Position numbers and translations under genes: made by a program. The notes below the pieces were generated by a model that saw only the letters and a list, made by a program, of their open reading frames with translations, did not search any database and had not been told where the DNA came from. DNA of 64,000 nucleotides from an uncultured Anaerolineaceae bacterium (GTDB lineage: Bacteria; Chloroflexota; Anaerolineae; Anaerolineales; E44-bin32): NCBI GenBank assembly GCA_964528155.1, contig CAZGRL010000003.1, positions 37,036 through 101,035 on the forward strand, in the 5' to 3' direction. Shown piece after piece: positions 1-10,517 of the stretch (its first letter is position 1; every line of letters starts with the position of its first letter).

Positions 1-1265
1 ATCTTGTCGGTCGACAACCCCCGCAGGTAGCGCGCGAAATCTGCCGCGGCGTCGATCTCCTCATATGTCCCGTGTTCCTCCGCCATCTCGCGCAGGCGGC
101 TCTGATACAGCTCCATCGAGTCAGTCAGAACCGTGAGAACGACGTCGTTCTCACCCAGCTCGTAGTACTTGGCGAACTTGATCGCCATGCTCAGATTGGC
201 AATCCCGGAGAAACCCAGCAGATCCAGATTGGCAACGAGCTCTTCCGGCACACCTTGCTTGACCAGGTAGGCGCGGCCCGCCGGCTCATTGAACAGCCTG
301 GACAGGTTGACGATGACGTTGTCGTCGAGATCAATGATCAGATCGGTGTTTTTCACGTTGTGAATCCAGGGTACGTGCTTGTCCCCAATGCCCTCGATAC
401 GATGCGAGCCGAAACCGTTCTCCAGCAATGTGGGACACTGCTCGGCCTCCCCGGCGGCGATCTTGCTCGCCGGATAGTATTGCTTCAAGTAGTCTCCGCA
501 GGCGATCGTGCCAGCCGATCCGGTGGTCAGGACTACACCCCGGTAGGTGTCGTGCGGACCGAGCTCGCGCTGCAACACCTCCTGCATGGCCGCGCCCGTT
601 ACATCGTAGTGCCACAAGTAGTTGCCGAACTCTTCGAATTGATTGAAGATCATCAGGTTTTCGCCCGAGCGTCGGAGTTCCCAGCACTTGTCGAAGATCT
701 CCTTGACGTTCGACTCAGTCCCGGGTGTGGCGATCACTTCCCCGGCGATGTTGGACAGCCACTCGAAACGCTCCCGGCTCATCCCTTCCGGCAGGATGGC
801 GATCGACGTGCAGGCAAGAAGGGCCGAGTCGTACGCCCCACCCCGACAGTAGTTGCCCGTTGAAGGCCAGACGGCCTTCTGCTGAGTGGGATCGAACTGC
901 CCGGTAACCAGGCGCGGAACGAGGCATCCGAAGGCCGCACCGACTTTGTGGGAGCCGGTCGGGAGCCATTTCCCCACCAGCGCCAGGATGCGGGCTGGAA
1001 CCCCTGTCAGGCTGCTCGGTAGCTCGATGTGATTCACGCCGCCGAAGCCGCCCCCCGAAGCGACCGGCTCGTTCTTCCACGTAATGCGGAACAGGTTCAA
1101 TGGATCGACATCCCACAGCCCGATCCCGGCAAGTTTCTCCCTGACTTTGTCGGGGACGAGCCGTGGATTCTTCATTTGGGCGAAGGTTGGGATGATGATG
1201 CCTCGTTCGCGCGCCCGCTTGAGGCCGCGCTCCAGACTGTCGGCGTCCAGGTTTAGATCGATCAT
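1..1265 (-). CDS. PLP-dependent enzyme, fold type II (cysteine synthase / Trp-synthase-beta superfamily); C-terminus lies outside the window
   Basis: Not in the ORF track because it runs off the edge. My translation from ATG (revcomp of cat 1263-1265): MIDLNLDADSLERGLKRARERGIIIPTF...LPTGSHKVGAAF (PLP-Lys motif)...VVLTTGSAGTIACG (Gly loop)...IEGIGDKHVPW. Track ORFs 72-863(+) and 715-1278(-) are other-frame artefacts. Confidence 0.75.
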   Translation of the reverse strand, partial: MIDLNLDADSLERGLKRARERGIIIPTFAQMKNPRLVPDKVREKLAGIGLWDVDPLNLFRITWKNEPVASGGGFGGVNHIELPSSLTGVPARILALVGKWLPTGSHKVGAAFGCLVPRLVTGQFDPTQQKAVWPSTGNYCRGGAYDSALLACTSIAILPEGMSRERFEWLSNIAGEVIATPGTESNVKEIFDKCWELRRSGENLMIFNQFEEFGNYLWHYDVTGAAMQEVLQRELGPHDTYRGVVLTTGSAGTIACGDYLKQYYPASKIAAGEAEQCPTLLENGFGSHRIEGIGDKHVPWIHNVKNTDLIIDLDDNVIVNLSRLFNEPAGRAYLVKQGVPEELVANLDLLGFSGIANLSMAIKFAKYYELGENDVVLTVLTDSMELYQSRLREMAEEHGTYEEIDAAADFARYLRGLSTDK

Positions 1266-1274
1266 CGAATTGAA

Positions 1275-2252
1275 TCACTCCTGTTTGTGATCTGTGTCAG
1301 AGTCCAGGTCGTGCGGAAGCTTGCGCACGACATATAGGGGGCGGCCTTTCGCCTCGTCATACAGTCTACCGATGTACTCGCCCAGAATCCCGAGCGATAT
1401 GAGCTGGACACCCCCGAGGAAGAGCACGGCGATCAGCGTCGTGGCCTGGCCGAAGAACGCCTGGCTTCCACTCAGGCGGAGGGCGATCACGACGGGGATC
1501 GCCAGCGCGCTGACACCGGCGAAGAGGAAGCCCAGGTAGGTCGCGATCTGCAGCGGAAAGTACGAGAAGCTCGTGATCGCATTCAAGGCAAGCCGCAGCA
1601 TCTTGGTGAACGGATACTTCGTCTTCCCGGCGAAACGCGGCTCCCGATCGTAGGGAACCCCGATCTGACGAAATCCGATCCAGGCCGCCATGCCGCGCGG
1701 GAATCGGTGTCTTTCCCTCATCTGACATAGCGCGTCAGCCGCCTCCCGATCCAAAAGCCGGAAATCCCCCGTGTCCACCGGGATATTGACGTCGGTGATC
1801 CGGTTGATCAGTCGGTAGAAGAGCGCCGCCGTGAATCGCTTGAACCATGTCTCGCCTTCGCGCGAGCTGCGCATGGCGTAGACGACCTGGTAGCCCTCGC
1901 GCCACCGCTTGACAAGCTCGGGGATGAGCTCGGGCGGGTCCTGCAAATCCGAGTCCATGATGACCACGGCCTGGCCGAGGCTGTAATCGAGTCCGGCCGT
2001 CACGGCGACCTGATGACCGAAGTTGCGGGCGAACACAACCGGGCGAACATGATGATCGCTCCGCGCGACCTCCAGGATGGCCTCCGTCGAGCCGTCCGTG
2101 GATCCGTCATCGACCAGGATCAGCTCCCATGCTTCGCCCTCGGCCTGCATGACCTGTGTCACGCGCCGCACGAACTCTGGAAGCGATTCGACCTCATCGA
2201 ACACCGGCGCCACGACCGTGAAGGTCGGCGTCTTGGCTGCTTTACGATTCAT
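1275..2252 (-). CDS. Family 2 glycosyltransferase (polyprenol-phosphate sugar transferase type, GtrB/ArnC/DPM1-like)
   Basis: 325 aa. GT-A motifs VVAPVFDE, LILVDDGSTDGS, MDSDLQDPPE. Two C-terminal TM helices. Confidence 0.85.
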   Translation of the reverse strand: MNRKAAKTPTFTVVAPVFDEVESLPEFVRRVTQVMQAEGEAWELILVDDGSTDGSTEAILEVARSDHHVRPVVFARNFGHQVAVTAGLDYSLGQAVVIMDSDLQDPPELIPELVKRWREGYQVVYAMRSSREGETWFKRFTAALFYRLINRITDVNIPVDTGDFRLLDREAADALCQMRERHRFPRGMAAWIGFRQIGVPYDREPRFAGKTKYPFTKMLRLALNAITSFSYFPLQIATYLGFLFAGVSALAIPVVIALRLSGSQAFFGQATTLIAVLFLGGVQLISLGILGEYIGRLYDEAKGRPLYVVRKLPHDLDSDTDHKQE

Positions 2253-3537
2253 GTCGAATCGTCTCCGTACGTGTCAGCTCGCGATGCAAAGCCTCAAGCG
2301 ACGGCTCGATCACCACCGCCTGTCCCGCGGCCCGCATACCCGCCTGCACGTCCTTGAGCCCGTTCCCCGTGATCAAACACACGACCTGCTCGGTCTCTGT
2401 GACGAGCCCCCTGGCGACAGCCTTGGCCAGCCCGGCGTAGGCGGCAGCCCCGGCCGGCTCGGCGAAGACGGCCGCATCTCGGCCCAGGCTGGCGATCGCC
2501 GCCAGGATCTCAGAATCGGTCACGGTCAGAACCTCACCGGCCGTTTCCCGAACGGCGCGCAACGCACGCAGACCGTCGCGAGGCTGATCAACCGAGATGC
2601 TATCAGCGATCGTGTCAGCCCGGACGGGCCGAATCGCGTTCTCCCCGGATTTGAACGCGTTGTAGATCGCCGCCGAGCCTTCAGATTGCACTCCTATAAG
2701 ACGCGGTGACCGTTCGATCCATCCTAGCGCCATCAGATCCTTGAAGCCCTTGTGCAGCCCGGTGATGATGTTTCCGTCGCCGACCGAGACGAAGACTGAA
2801 TCGGGCGAACGCCATCGTCGCCCATCCCCATCCGGCGGACCCAGCCTGGATGTGAGTTGCTCGCAGATTTCGAATGCCGCCGTCTTCTTGCCCTCGGCCG
2901 TGAACGGATTGTAGCCCGTATTGCGGCAGTACCACCCGAACTCGGCTGAGGCTTCCAGGGTGAGGTCGAACGCCTGGTCATATGTCCCATCGACCAGGAT
3001 GACACGCGCCCCGAAGATCAGGAGCTGGGCTACCTTGGCCGGTGGCGCACTCTTCGGCGCCAGGATCACCGCCGGTTGGCCAGCCGCGGCGGCCATGCCG
3101 GCCAGGGCCGCGCCGGCGTTGCCGGTAGAAGCGGTGGCGACGGTCTCAGCGCCGATCTCCCTGGCACGAGCGACGACGACCGCGCTCGCCCGGTCCTTGA
3201 ACGATGCCGTGGGATTGCGTCCGTCGTCTTTCACCCACAGATGCGCCAGGCCCATGGTTTGTGAGAGTCGTTCGGGCGAGAAGAGCGGCGTCCATCCGAC
3301 GGCTCGCAGCGGTGTGTCGATTAAGCCGGGATCTCGAACCGGCAACAAGGGGACATAGCGCCAGATGGACTCCTCGCGCGACTGTGAGATTCTCTCAGGG
3401 CCAGTCTCCCTGGCGATCGCCGAATAGTCGAGGACGACGTCCAGGTTGGCGCCATCGTCCGGGCAGATATAGGTAACCTCATCCGGCGCGTACTTCCTGC
3501 CGCAACCGGAGCAGACATATCCTGAAAACGTCCCCAT
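2242..3537 (-). CDS. Threonine synthase-like PLP enzyme with N-terminal zinc ribbon
   Basis: 431 aa. CSGCGRKY...YICPDDG zinc ribbon and PLP-lysine motif TASFKDRAS. Overlaps the downstream GT2 gene by 11 nt. Confidence 0.8.
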   Translation of the reverse strand: MGTFSGYVCSGCGRKYAPDEVTYICPDDGANLDVVLDYSAIARETGPERISQSREESIWRYVPLLPVRDPGLIDTPLRAVGWTPLFSPERLSQTMGLAHLWVKDDGRNPTASFKDRASAVVVARAREIGAETVATASTGNAGAALAGMAAAAGQPAVILAPKSAPPAKVAQLLIFGARVILVDGTYDQAFDLTLEASAEFGWYCRNTGYNPFTAEGKKTAAFEICEQLTSRLGPPDGDGRRWRSPDSVFVSVGDGNIITGLHKGFKDLMALGWIERSPRLIGVQSEGSAAIYNAFKSGENAIRPVRADTIADSISVDQPRDGLRALRAVRETAGEVLTVTDSEILAAIASLGRDAAVFAEPAGAAAYAGLAKAVARGLVTETEQVVCLITGNGLKDVQAGMRAAGQAVVIEPSLEALHRELTRTETIRHES

Positions 3538-3546
3538 GCCGGGATA

Positions 3547-4545
3547 CTAGTCCTTTTCGAATGGCATGCCGAGCGCCGCAGGCGGGACGACGCGCATCGA
3601 CCGCAGGACTCTGGCCACGATCATTCGGGCGGCAGGCGGTAGTCCGGCCAGTGTACGATCGACCCACTCGGCGTTGCCGATGTTGACAAGCAGCAATGTC
3701 AAGATCATCAATGGGAAGGGGGCAACCTGAAGCACTTGCGATGGCACGTTGGGAAGCGATGGCTGCAACACAAGCCCAAGCCACTGGAGCAGTCCGAACA
3801 GATAGGCCCCGATGGCGCCCCGGATGGGGTCCCAGCCACCGAAGATCACAAGTGCCAGGGCGATCCATCCGAACCCGTCCAGCCCGCTGATCGTCCCCTT
3901 CCAACCAGCCTTGACGCTGAGAGAAAACGTGGGGCCGGCCAGGCCCACCAACGAGCCCCCGATCACGGTATATGCGTAGCGCATCAAGGGCACGTTGGCG
4001 CCCCGGACAAAAGCGGCTGCCGGGCGTTCGCCGATTCCGCGCAGCATCAATCCGGGCCGCGTCCTGAAAACCCAGAACCAGGCGACGAAGATCAGGACAT
4101 AGCTGATATACACAAGCAGATTCTGCCGGAACAAGAGCGGCCCAAGAACAGGGATTTGACTCAGGAGCGGGATGGAAAGGGCCGGAACGCGGGGACCGGA
4201 GAGCCCCACAAACGGGTTCCCCAAGAAGTAGGCCATGTTCAGGGTCATCAACGCCAGCACATAGCCAACTGCCACCTGTGACTGCTTGAGCGTCAGGCTG
4301 GTGAAAGCCAGGACCAGGGCGACAAGGGCGCCCGTCAGCATGCCGGCCAGGAATCCGAGCAGGACGCTGTTAGTGGATGCGGCCACTGCGAAGGCCGTCA
4401 TGGCTGACAGCACGATGCTCCCATTCACGGACAGGTTGATCACCCCCGCCCGCTCGGTCAGGGTTTCGCCTATGGTGGCGAAGATTATGGGAGCCGCCGC
4501 AGCCAACACACCCGACAGGCCGGTTATGATCGCCGCTGTGTCCAT
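3547..4545 (-). CDS. ABC transporter permease (BMP/nucleoside-type importer)
   Basis: 332 aa, multi-TM, hydrophobic throughout. Operon position next to a second permease, a duplicated ATPase and a BMP binding protein. Confidence 0.85.
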   Translation of the reverse strand: MDTAAIITGLSGVLAAAAPIIFATIGETLTERAGVINLSVNGSIVLSAMTAFAVAASTNSVLLGFLAGMLTGALVALVLAFTSLTLKQSQVAVGYVLALMTLNMAYFLGNPFVGLSGPRVPALSIPLLSQIPVLGPLLFRQNLLVYISYVLIFVAWFWVFRTRPGLMLRGIGERPAAAFVRGANVPLMRYAYTVIGGSLVGLAGPTFSLSVKAGWKGTISGLDGFGWIALALVIFGGWDPIRGAIGAYLFGLLQWLGLVLQPSLPNVPSQVLQVAPFPLMILTLLLVNIGNAEWVDRTLAGLPPAARMIVARVLRSMRVVPPAALGMPFEKD

Positions 4546-4549
4546 ATCC

Positions 4550-5602
4550 CTAACCTAGCTCCCGACGAACCAACCTGCGCCGGGCTCCTTCCATCATCAG
4601 GAAGGCAAGGACCAGGGCACCCTGCAGAACCCCCGAGAGCGCTGAATCGAGTTTGAGTACGATCGGCAACTGGATGCTCCCAATGTTTAGCGCCGCAAAG
4701 AACAGGGATACCGGCGCTGCCCATACGGCTTGGTAGTTGATCAACATGGCGACCAGCAGACCCAGCCAGCCATAGTTGCTTGAGATGCTGGGGATCAGAC
4801 GGTGGTAGACGGCCGTCACTTGGATGGCGCCTGCCACACCGGCAAATACGCCACAAATCAGAAATGCGTTCATCATATAGCGCGCTGTCCGAATTCCCGA
4901 CAGATTGGCCGCGCGCTTGTTTCGGCCGACGGCTTTCAGTCGGAGGCCGAAATAGGTCCCCTGCAACATGAGGAACACGACTACAGTCCCCAGGATTCCG
5001 ATGAGTAGGGCCCACACGCTCAGACGGAGATGAGGCAACGTCGGCATCCACATCTCCTGGGGAAAAGGCACAGTGCCGCTCATCGAGCCGATCCCTGGTC
5101 GCTTCCAGGGGCCGAAGATAAGCCACAGTGTAATGGCGGTCGCCACGAAATCGAGGCCCAGGCCGCCGAAGATCTCGTTAACCCCGCCAAAAGTCTTCAA
5201 GGCACCCGCCAGGCCCGCCCACAACGCGCCGCCGATAGCGCCAGCCATGATGGCGAGCAGGATCATGACCGCTGGGGGAAGGCCGCTACCCTGCACCATG
5301 CGGAGCACACCGGTGGCGAAAATGGCTCCAAGCGTGATCTGCCCCTCCATGCCGATATTCCACAGACCGGCGGCGAATGTCACCAGCAGCCCAGCCGTCG
5401 ATAGCAGCAGAGGCACCCAGGCAACCATGACATTCGAGATGTTGTCAACCGATCCAAAGGCACCGCGTGCTAGTTGATCGAACGCCTGAAAGGGCGGCGC
5501 GCCAGCCAGGACCAACACAGCCACAGTGAAGAGGAATGCCAGTAGGACGGCCCCCAGCCGGAATCCAACGTCGATCCAGCGCGAGCTCTCTCTGACCATC
5601 AT
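4550..5602 (-). CDS. ABC transporter permease (BMP/nucleoside-type importer)
   Basis: 350 aa multi-TM protein, adjacent to its paralogous permease. 4-nt gap to the downstream gene. Confidence 0.85.
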   Translation of the reverse strand: MMVRESSRWIDVGFRLGAVLLAFLFTVAVLVLAGAPPFQAFDQLARGAFGSVDNISNVMVAWVPLLLSTAGLLVTFAAGLWNIGMEGQITLGAIFATGVLRMVQGSGLPPAVMILLAIMAGAIGGALWAGLAGALKTFGGVNEIFGGLGLDFVATAITLWLIFGPWKRPGIGSMSGTVPFPQEMWMPTLPHLRLSVWALLIGILGTVVVFLMLQGTYFGLRLKAVGRNKRAANLSGIRTARYMMNAFLICGVFAGVAGAIQVTAVYHRLIPSISSNYGWLGLLVAMLINYQAVWAAPVSLFFAALNIGSIQLPIVLKLDSALSGVLQGALVLAFLMMEGARRRLVRRELG

Positions 5603-5624
5603 TTCTCCCCGCTCATATGCTGGG

Positions 5625-7091
5625 CTACTTCAGGCCCACCCCGCCGATGAGCTCTCCAAGTCGTTCAACGCTGACCTCCCCCGAGTCGAGAGGCTCCGAC
5701 ACCTTGCCGGCAAAGAAGACCAGAATGCGATCGCTGTAGTGAAGCACTTCTTCGAGATCCGAGGAGACAAAAATCACCGCTGTACCTTCCAGACAGCGCT
5801 CCTTCAGCTTACGCCATGTGAAGATCGCTGATTCCATATCCAGGCCGCGCGTCGGCTGCTCCAGAAGAAGGAGTTTTAGCCCGGAACGCAGCAGGGCCAG
5901 CAACGCCCGCTGCTGGTTCCCACCCGAGAGAGCTTCAACCGGAGACCCCGGCTCACCGCGGATGTTGAACTCATTGATCCCTGCCCGCGCTCTGGCTCGA
6001 CCTTCCTCCCAATCGACGAACATCCCCCTTGAGGCCTGTGTCAGGATGAAATGTTCGGTCAGCGTCATACCCGGGACAAGGCCTTCTTCGAGCCGCGCCG
6101 CCGGCATGTAGCCGCATCCCCGCGCCTTGAAAGCATGGTAGCGCCGTCCGGTCATGTCTTGCCCATCGAGCAGCACCCTGCCGGCGACGGGGCGCACCAG
6201 TCCGGCACAACACTCCAGAAAAAGACGCTGACCACTACCCTCCATTCCCGCCAGCCCGATCACCTCACCCGCGCGGACGGACAATTCGATATCCTGAATC
6301 TGAAGTCTGGGATCCTCCATTGAAACGGTATGAAGTTCCAGCACCACGCGGTCTTCGTAGGTCGGCTTCTTCGGGGCCAGCGCGACCTCCCTGCCAAACA
6401 TCATTTCCACCAGTGTGGACGTCTTGTATGGCGCCTCCGTCTCGCCCACCAGCTTGCCCTCCCGCAAGACGGCGACGCGATGGCACAGTTCTTCGACCTC
6501 TTCCAACTTATGAGAAACGAAAATGACAGTACGACCTTCTTCGGCCAACCGTTGAAGCGTCTTGAACAACTTCTCACGCTGAGGTGCGCTGATCCCCGTG
6601 GTTGGCTCGTCGAGGATCATGACCTGCACACCCAGCCATAGCATTCGCAGGATCTCAAGTTGCTGGCGCTCACCTACGGTAAGAGTGTCCACGTAAGCAT
6701 TTGGATCCAGTGAGAAACCAAACTGCTCACCCAGCTGGCGCAACGCGCGGCGCGCGGTCCTCCGTCGCGGCAGCAGGGCCGAATCACTGCCGATTAGGAA
6801 ATTGTCGATGACTCTCATGGGGGGGAAATCAAGCGGGTCCTGATGCAGCATGCCGACGCCATAGGCAATGGCGTCCGCCGGGGACTTCATGCTCACCGCT
6901 GTTCCGTCAAGTATGATTTGGCCGCTGTCCGGTTCAATGAACCCGGAGAGTACCTTCATCAACGTGCTCTTGCCCGCGCCGTTTTCTCCAAGGAGGCCCT
7001 GGATCGTTCCAGACGGGATGTCGAGCGTGATCCCGGCATTGGCGTGCACGGGGCCGAAGTACTTGTGGATTTCTTTGAGCTCCACCTTCAT
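5625..7091 (-). CDS. ABC transporter ATP-binding protein with two fused ATPase domains
   Basis: 488 aa. Walker A GENGAGKST, Walker B MILDEPT, second-domain signature LSGGNQQR and LLLLEQPTRGLD. Confidence 0.9.
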   Translation of the reverse strand: MKVELKEIHKYFGPVHANAGITLDIPSGTIQGLLGENGAGKSTLMKVLSGFIEPDSGQIILDGTAVSMKSPADAIAYGVGMLHQDPLDFPPMRVIDNFLIGSDSALLPRRRTARRALRQLGEQFGFSLDPNAYVDTLTVGERQQLEILRMLWLGVQVMILDEPTTGISAPQREKLFKTLQRLAEEGRTVIFVSHKLEEVEELCHRVAVLREGKLVGETEAPYKTSTLVEMMFGREVALAPKKPTYEDRVVLELHTVSMEDPRLQIQDIELSVRAGEVIGLAGMEGSGQRLFLECCAGLVRPVAGRVLLDGQDMTGRRYHAFKARGCGYMPAARLEEGLVPGMTLTEHFILTQASRGMFVDWEEGRARARAGINEFNIRGEPGSPVEALSGGNQQRALLALLRSGLKLLLLEQPTRGLDMESAIFTWRKLKERCLEGTAVIFVSSDLEEVLHYSDRILVFFAGKVSEPLDSGEVSVERLGELIGGVGLK

Positions 7092-7161
7092 GATGGGTCC
7101 CGTTTGAACAGGGGGTGGCCGGCGCGCAGCCGGCCCACCCCCTCACGGATCACACTTTCGG

Positions 7162-8451
7162 CTACTGCGACGGAACGCTCTGGCCCTCCATGCCCTCGAG
7201 AAGCTGAGGCAGGTACCAAACTTGCTGGTCGGTGGCCGTTTCACCATCCTGAAGATAGGCGGTGCCGTCCTGCAGATTGATCGGGCCGGTCCACAGATCC
7301 AGGCCGGACCCCAGTTCGCCGATGAACGTGTCCACGGTGGACGAGGCATCAGCGCTCAAACCCTGGCCCTTGGCGAATCCGACTGCCGAGGTGTCCGGGT
7401 TGTTGATGTCCGACCAATCCGGCGGGTTCCAGGCGAACTCCGATTGGAACGTGCCGTCCTGGACCGAATTGATGATCTTCAGGTAGCTTGGCCCCCAGTT
7501 GAAGTACGGCACGCCCAGACACACACTGGGTGCTTCGGCGCAGCCGTCCTTGTAGTCGTAGGAGACCGCCCATACCTGCTGGCCTTGGCCGGCATACTTG
7601 TTGGCCTCCGCCAGCGCCTCGGTGGTGTCAATGCCTGACACAACCACGTCGTAGCCGCTGTTGAAGAAATCATCCGCCACCTGAGTGGGGTCGGAGGTCA
7701 CACCAGGGATGTTGAACCAGAACCCAATCCAGGTCACCTTGAATTGCAGATCGGCGGCATCCTTATTCAGGTAGTTGGTCCAGCAGTACTTCGCACCCAG
7801 ATAGACCGAGGAGGCCAGGCGACGGGTCTCGTCGTTGATCAATGGACCCAGATAGCCGATCTGGCCCGTCTGCGTCGTCAGGGCAGCCGCACAGCCGGCG
7901 ATCATCTTGCCGTAAATCATCTTGCCCATCGTGTTGGTCATGTTCGGGAGGCCCTGGTAGTCCTTCCCGTCCGTCCATGCCTGATCGCCGGAGGCCATGA
8001 TCACCGGGACGTCGGGGTGATTCTGGGCGAACTCGTTGGCGCTGTCCTTCATGTCATCCGAACTGAAGTCGATAATCGTAGCGCCCTGAGACAGCAGGCT
8101 TTCAGCCAGTTGGGCCGGCGTCGTGCCGGGACGGTCAGCCGAGTTCGCTTTGTCGATGTATACGAACTCGAAGCCTGGCAGATTGTCGGCGACATATTGG
8201 GCACCGTCATAGTGCGCCTGGCTCCAGCCATGGTCGTTGTAAGGCCCGACCAGTAACAAACCAAGGACCGGCGGGGCCATCGTCGGTGCTTCGGTCGCCG
8301 GGGCTTCGGTCGCGGCAGCCGGTGGCTGCGTGGGCGCGGGAGCCTGGGTCGGTGGCGCTTGGGTCGGCGTCGCCGCCGGAGCGCAGGCCGCCGCAAGCAT
8401 CACCACGACGGCCGCCACAGCCAGCATGCGCCACATCTTGTTTTCGGGCAT
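7162..8451 (-). CDS. BMP-family ABC substrate-binding lipoprotein (purine nucleoside/nucleobase-type)
   Basis: Start moved to the ATG at 8451 (MPENKMWRML...), 6 nt after GGAGGAG. Signal peptide with lipobox LAAC, Pro/Thr/Ala-rich linker, then a BMP-like body (LLVGPYNDHGWSQ...). Confidence 0.85.
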   Translation of the reverse strand: MPENKMWRMLAVAAVVVMLAAACAPAATPTQAPPTQAPAPTQPPAAATEAPATEAPTMAPPVLGLLLVGPYNDHGWSQAHYDGAQYVADNLPGFEFVYIDKANSADRPGTTPAQLAESLLSQGATIIDFSSDDMKDSANEFAQNHPDVPVIMASGDQAWTDGKDYQGLPNMTNTMGKMIYGKMIAGCAAALTTQTGQIGYLGPLINDETRRLASSVYLGAKYCWTNYLNKDAADLQFKVTWIGFWFNIPGVTSDPTQVADDFFNSGYDVVVSGIDTTEALAEANKYAGQGQQVWAVSYDYKDGCAEAPSVCLGVPYFNWGPSYLKIINSVQDGTFQSEFAWNPPDWSDINNPDTSAVGFAKGQGLSADASSTVDTFIGELGSGLDLWTGPINLQDGTAYLQDGETATDQQVWYLPQLLEGMEGQSVPSQ

Positions 8452-8551
8452 TTCTAACTCCTCCATTAGTTTTCATTCATGATCATTATTCGGCTCAGGG
8501 ATCGGATCTCTACGGAGTGACCCACCTCCTTTCAGGATCGGATCAGGATGG

Positions 8552-9508
8552 TCAAGGGAGGATCCACGTTCCAGTCTCGCCGGCCAATGCCCGGCCGATG
8601 TTCTGCGGATCGGTGATCAGGGCCTCACGGCCGCCCCGCTCCAAGTACCCGATGATCGCCCGGACCTTGGGCTCCATCGATCCTTTGGCGAAGTGACCTT
8701 CGGCCAGATACTGCCTGGCTTCCGCCAGCGTCATCCGGTCCAGCCATCGTTGATCCGGCTTATTGTAGTTTAGAGCCACCTTTTCGACTGCCGTGGTGAT
8801 CAGGAACAAGTCGGCTTGAATGCTGGTGGCCATCAGCGCCGCGCCGAAGTCTTTGTCAATAACGGCCTCGACACCCACCAGGCCCCCGCTTTCGTCCTCA
8901 ACTACAGGGATACCCCCGCCGCCGTTACTGATGACAACGAAACCGGATCGGATGAGGGTCTCGATCGCGTCTCGCTCTACGATCCGCTTCGGTAGCGGCG
9001 ACGGGACGACCCTGCGCCAGCCCCGTCCGGCGTCTTCAACCACGGCCCAGCCGTCAGCCTGGCGGTGCTGGGAGGCCGTGGGCTCGTCCATGAAGGATCC
9101 GATCGGTTTACTCGGACTCTTGAAAGCCGGATCATCGCGATCGACCAGCGCCTGCGTGATAACCGTGGCGGCCTGCCTTTCCAGGCCGCGCTTGTGGAAC
9201 TCGTTGTAAAGCGCCTGCTGAAACATGTACCCGATCGCACCTTGCGTGTCGGCGCCGCAATAGTCGAGTGGAACCGGATGCAGTTCGTGGATCGCCAGCT
9301 CGGTGCGGCGCAAGATGAACCCCACCTGCGGCCCGTTGCCGTGCGTGATGACGACGTTCCACCCGGCCTCGATCATATCGGTGATCCGGGCCATCGACTC
9401 GACAGCCGCGGCGTACTGATCCGGCACGGTCCGATGGGCCTTGTCTTTGATCAGTGAATTGCCGCCCACGGCGACGACAGCGATCTTGCCTCCATTGGCA
9501 TGACTCAT
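8552..9508 (-). CDS. arcC: Carbamate kinase
   Basis: 318 aa. KIAVVAVGGNSL and ITHGNGPQVG motifs of the carbamate kinase / amino-acid kinase fold. Confidence 0.9.
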   Translation of the reverse strand: MSHANGGKIAVVAVGGNSLIKDKAHRTVPDQYAAAVESMARITDMIEAGWNVVITHGNGPQVGFILRRTELAIHELHPVPLDYCGADTQGAIGYMFQQALYNEFHKRGLERQAATVITQALVDRDDPAFKSPSKPIGSFMDEPTASQHRQADGWAVVEDAGRGWRRVVPSPLPKRIVERDAIETLIRSGFVVISNGGGGIPVVEDESGGLVGVEAVIDKDFGAALMATSIQADLFLITTAVEKVALNYNKPDQRWLDRMTLAEARQYLAEGHFAKGSMEPKVRAIIGYLERGGREALITDPQNIGRALAGETGTWILP

Positions 9509-9524
9509 TGACTCGGTCTCCTGC

Positions 9525-10505
9525 TCAGCGCATGGTCAGGGCCATGACGGCCTTCTGCACATGCATCCGGTTTTCCGCCTCATCGTAGACGACGCTCTGC
9601 GGGCCGTCGATCACCGCATTCGACACCTCGACCTCACGATCGGCCGGCAGAGGGTGCATGTAGATGGCGTCCGGTTTGGCCAGAGCCATCTTCCGTTCAT
9701 CGGTGATCCAGGATTCGTACTTCTTGATGATCCGAGCTCCCTCATCTTGATCCGTCGTCGTCAGCAGGGCCCCCCACGACTTGGCGTAAACGATGTCCGC
9801 ATCCTTGAAGCCGGCCTCCATGTCGTCGACGACCTCGAACCCTGCGCCGAACTTGGCCGCCTGGCGCCGGGCCTCTTCCATGACCCCGGGCATCAACTTG
9901 AATTCGGGGGGATGGGCCAGCACAACGTCCAGCCCGAAGCGCGGCATTTGCAGGATGAGCGACTGGGGCACAGAGATCGGCTTCTGATATGAAGCGGCAT
10001 AGGCCCACGACACAACCATCTTCTTCCGCCTCAAGTCGCGTCCCTTCTTCTCGACGATCGTCAGCAAGTCAGCCAGGATCTGGAAGGGGTGATAGATCTC
10101 GCATTGCATGTTCAGAACGGGCACCCGGCTGTGCCGGGCGACATCGTTCAGGTATTGGTTCCCCACTCCCCAATCGACATGTCGAATGGCGATCCCGTCG
10201 AAGTAGCGGCCGAAGATCTCGCCGATCTCTTTGGGCGTGTCTCCATGGGCGATCTGAGTGGTTTTCGCCTCGATGAACGCAGCATGCCCGCCGAGCTGGG
10301 CCATCCCCGCTTCGAAAGACCCGCGTGTGCGCGTGCTGCTGAAGAAGAACAGCATCGCCAGGACTTTGTCTCGCAGGTAGGGATGCGGTTCTCCCAGCGC
10401 CCGCTTGTGCTTGAGATCGAGGGCGACATCCAGAACAGTCTCAACCTCTTCCCGGCTGAAATCCAGGTCGCCGATTAGATCTCGCCCGCGTAAGTCGGTC
10501 TGCAT
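9525..10505 (-). CDS. Non-canonical carbamoyltransferase (OTC superfamily; AOTCase/SOTCase/YgeW-like signature)
   Basis: 326 aa. Carbamoyl-phosphate motifs SSTRTR and HPFQ are present. The OTC ornithine motif DxxxSMG is replaced by YAKSWG, and HCLP by HPLPADR. Confidence 0.8.
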   Translation of the reverse strand: MQTDLRGRDLIGDLDFSREEVETVLDVALDLKHKRALGEPHPYLRDKVLAMLFFFSSTRTRGSFEAGMAQLGGHAAFIEAKTTQIAHGDTPKEIGEIFGRYFDGIAIRHVDWGVGNQYLNDVARHSRVPVLNMQCEIYHPFQILADLLTIVEKKGRDLRRKKMVVSWAYAASYQKPISVPQSLILQMPRFGLDVVLAHPPEFKLMPGVMEEARRQAAKFGAGFEVVDDMEAGFKDADIVYAKSWGALLTTTDQDEGARIIKKYESWITDERKMALAKPDAIYMHPLPADREVEVSNAVIDGPQSVVYDEAENRMHVQKAVMALTMR

Positions 10506-10517
10506 CTGTCCTCCACG

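Noticed and set aside
72-863. 263-aa plus-strand ORF at the left edge, together with 715-1278(-)
   Set aside because: The real gene is the edge-truncated minus-strand PLP enzyme (1-1265) in another frame, with clear PLP-fold motifs. These two ORFs are frame artefacts.
8452-8551. Possible purine riboswitch upstream of the BMP transporter or the deaminase operon (15737-15960)
   Set aside because: Neither leader shows the conserved purine-riboswitch loop and junction sequences (UAUAAUC...CUACC type three-way junction).
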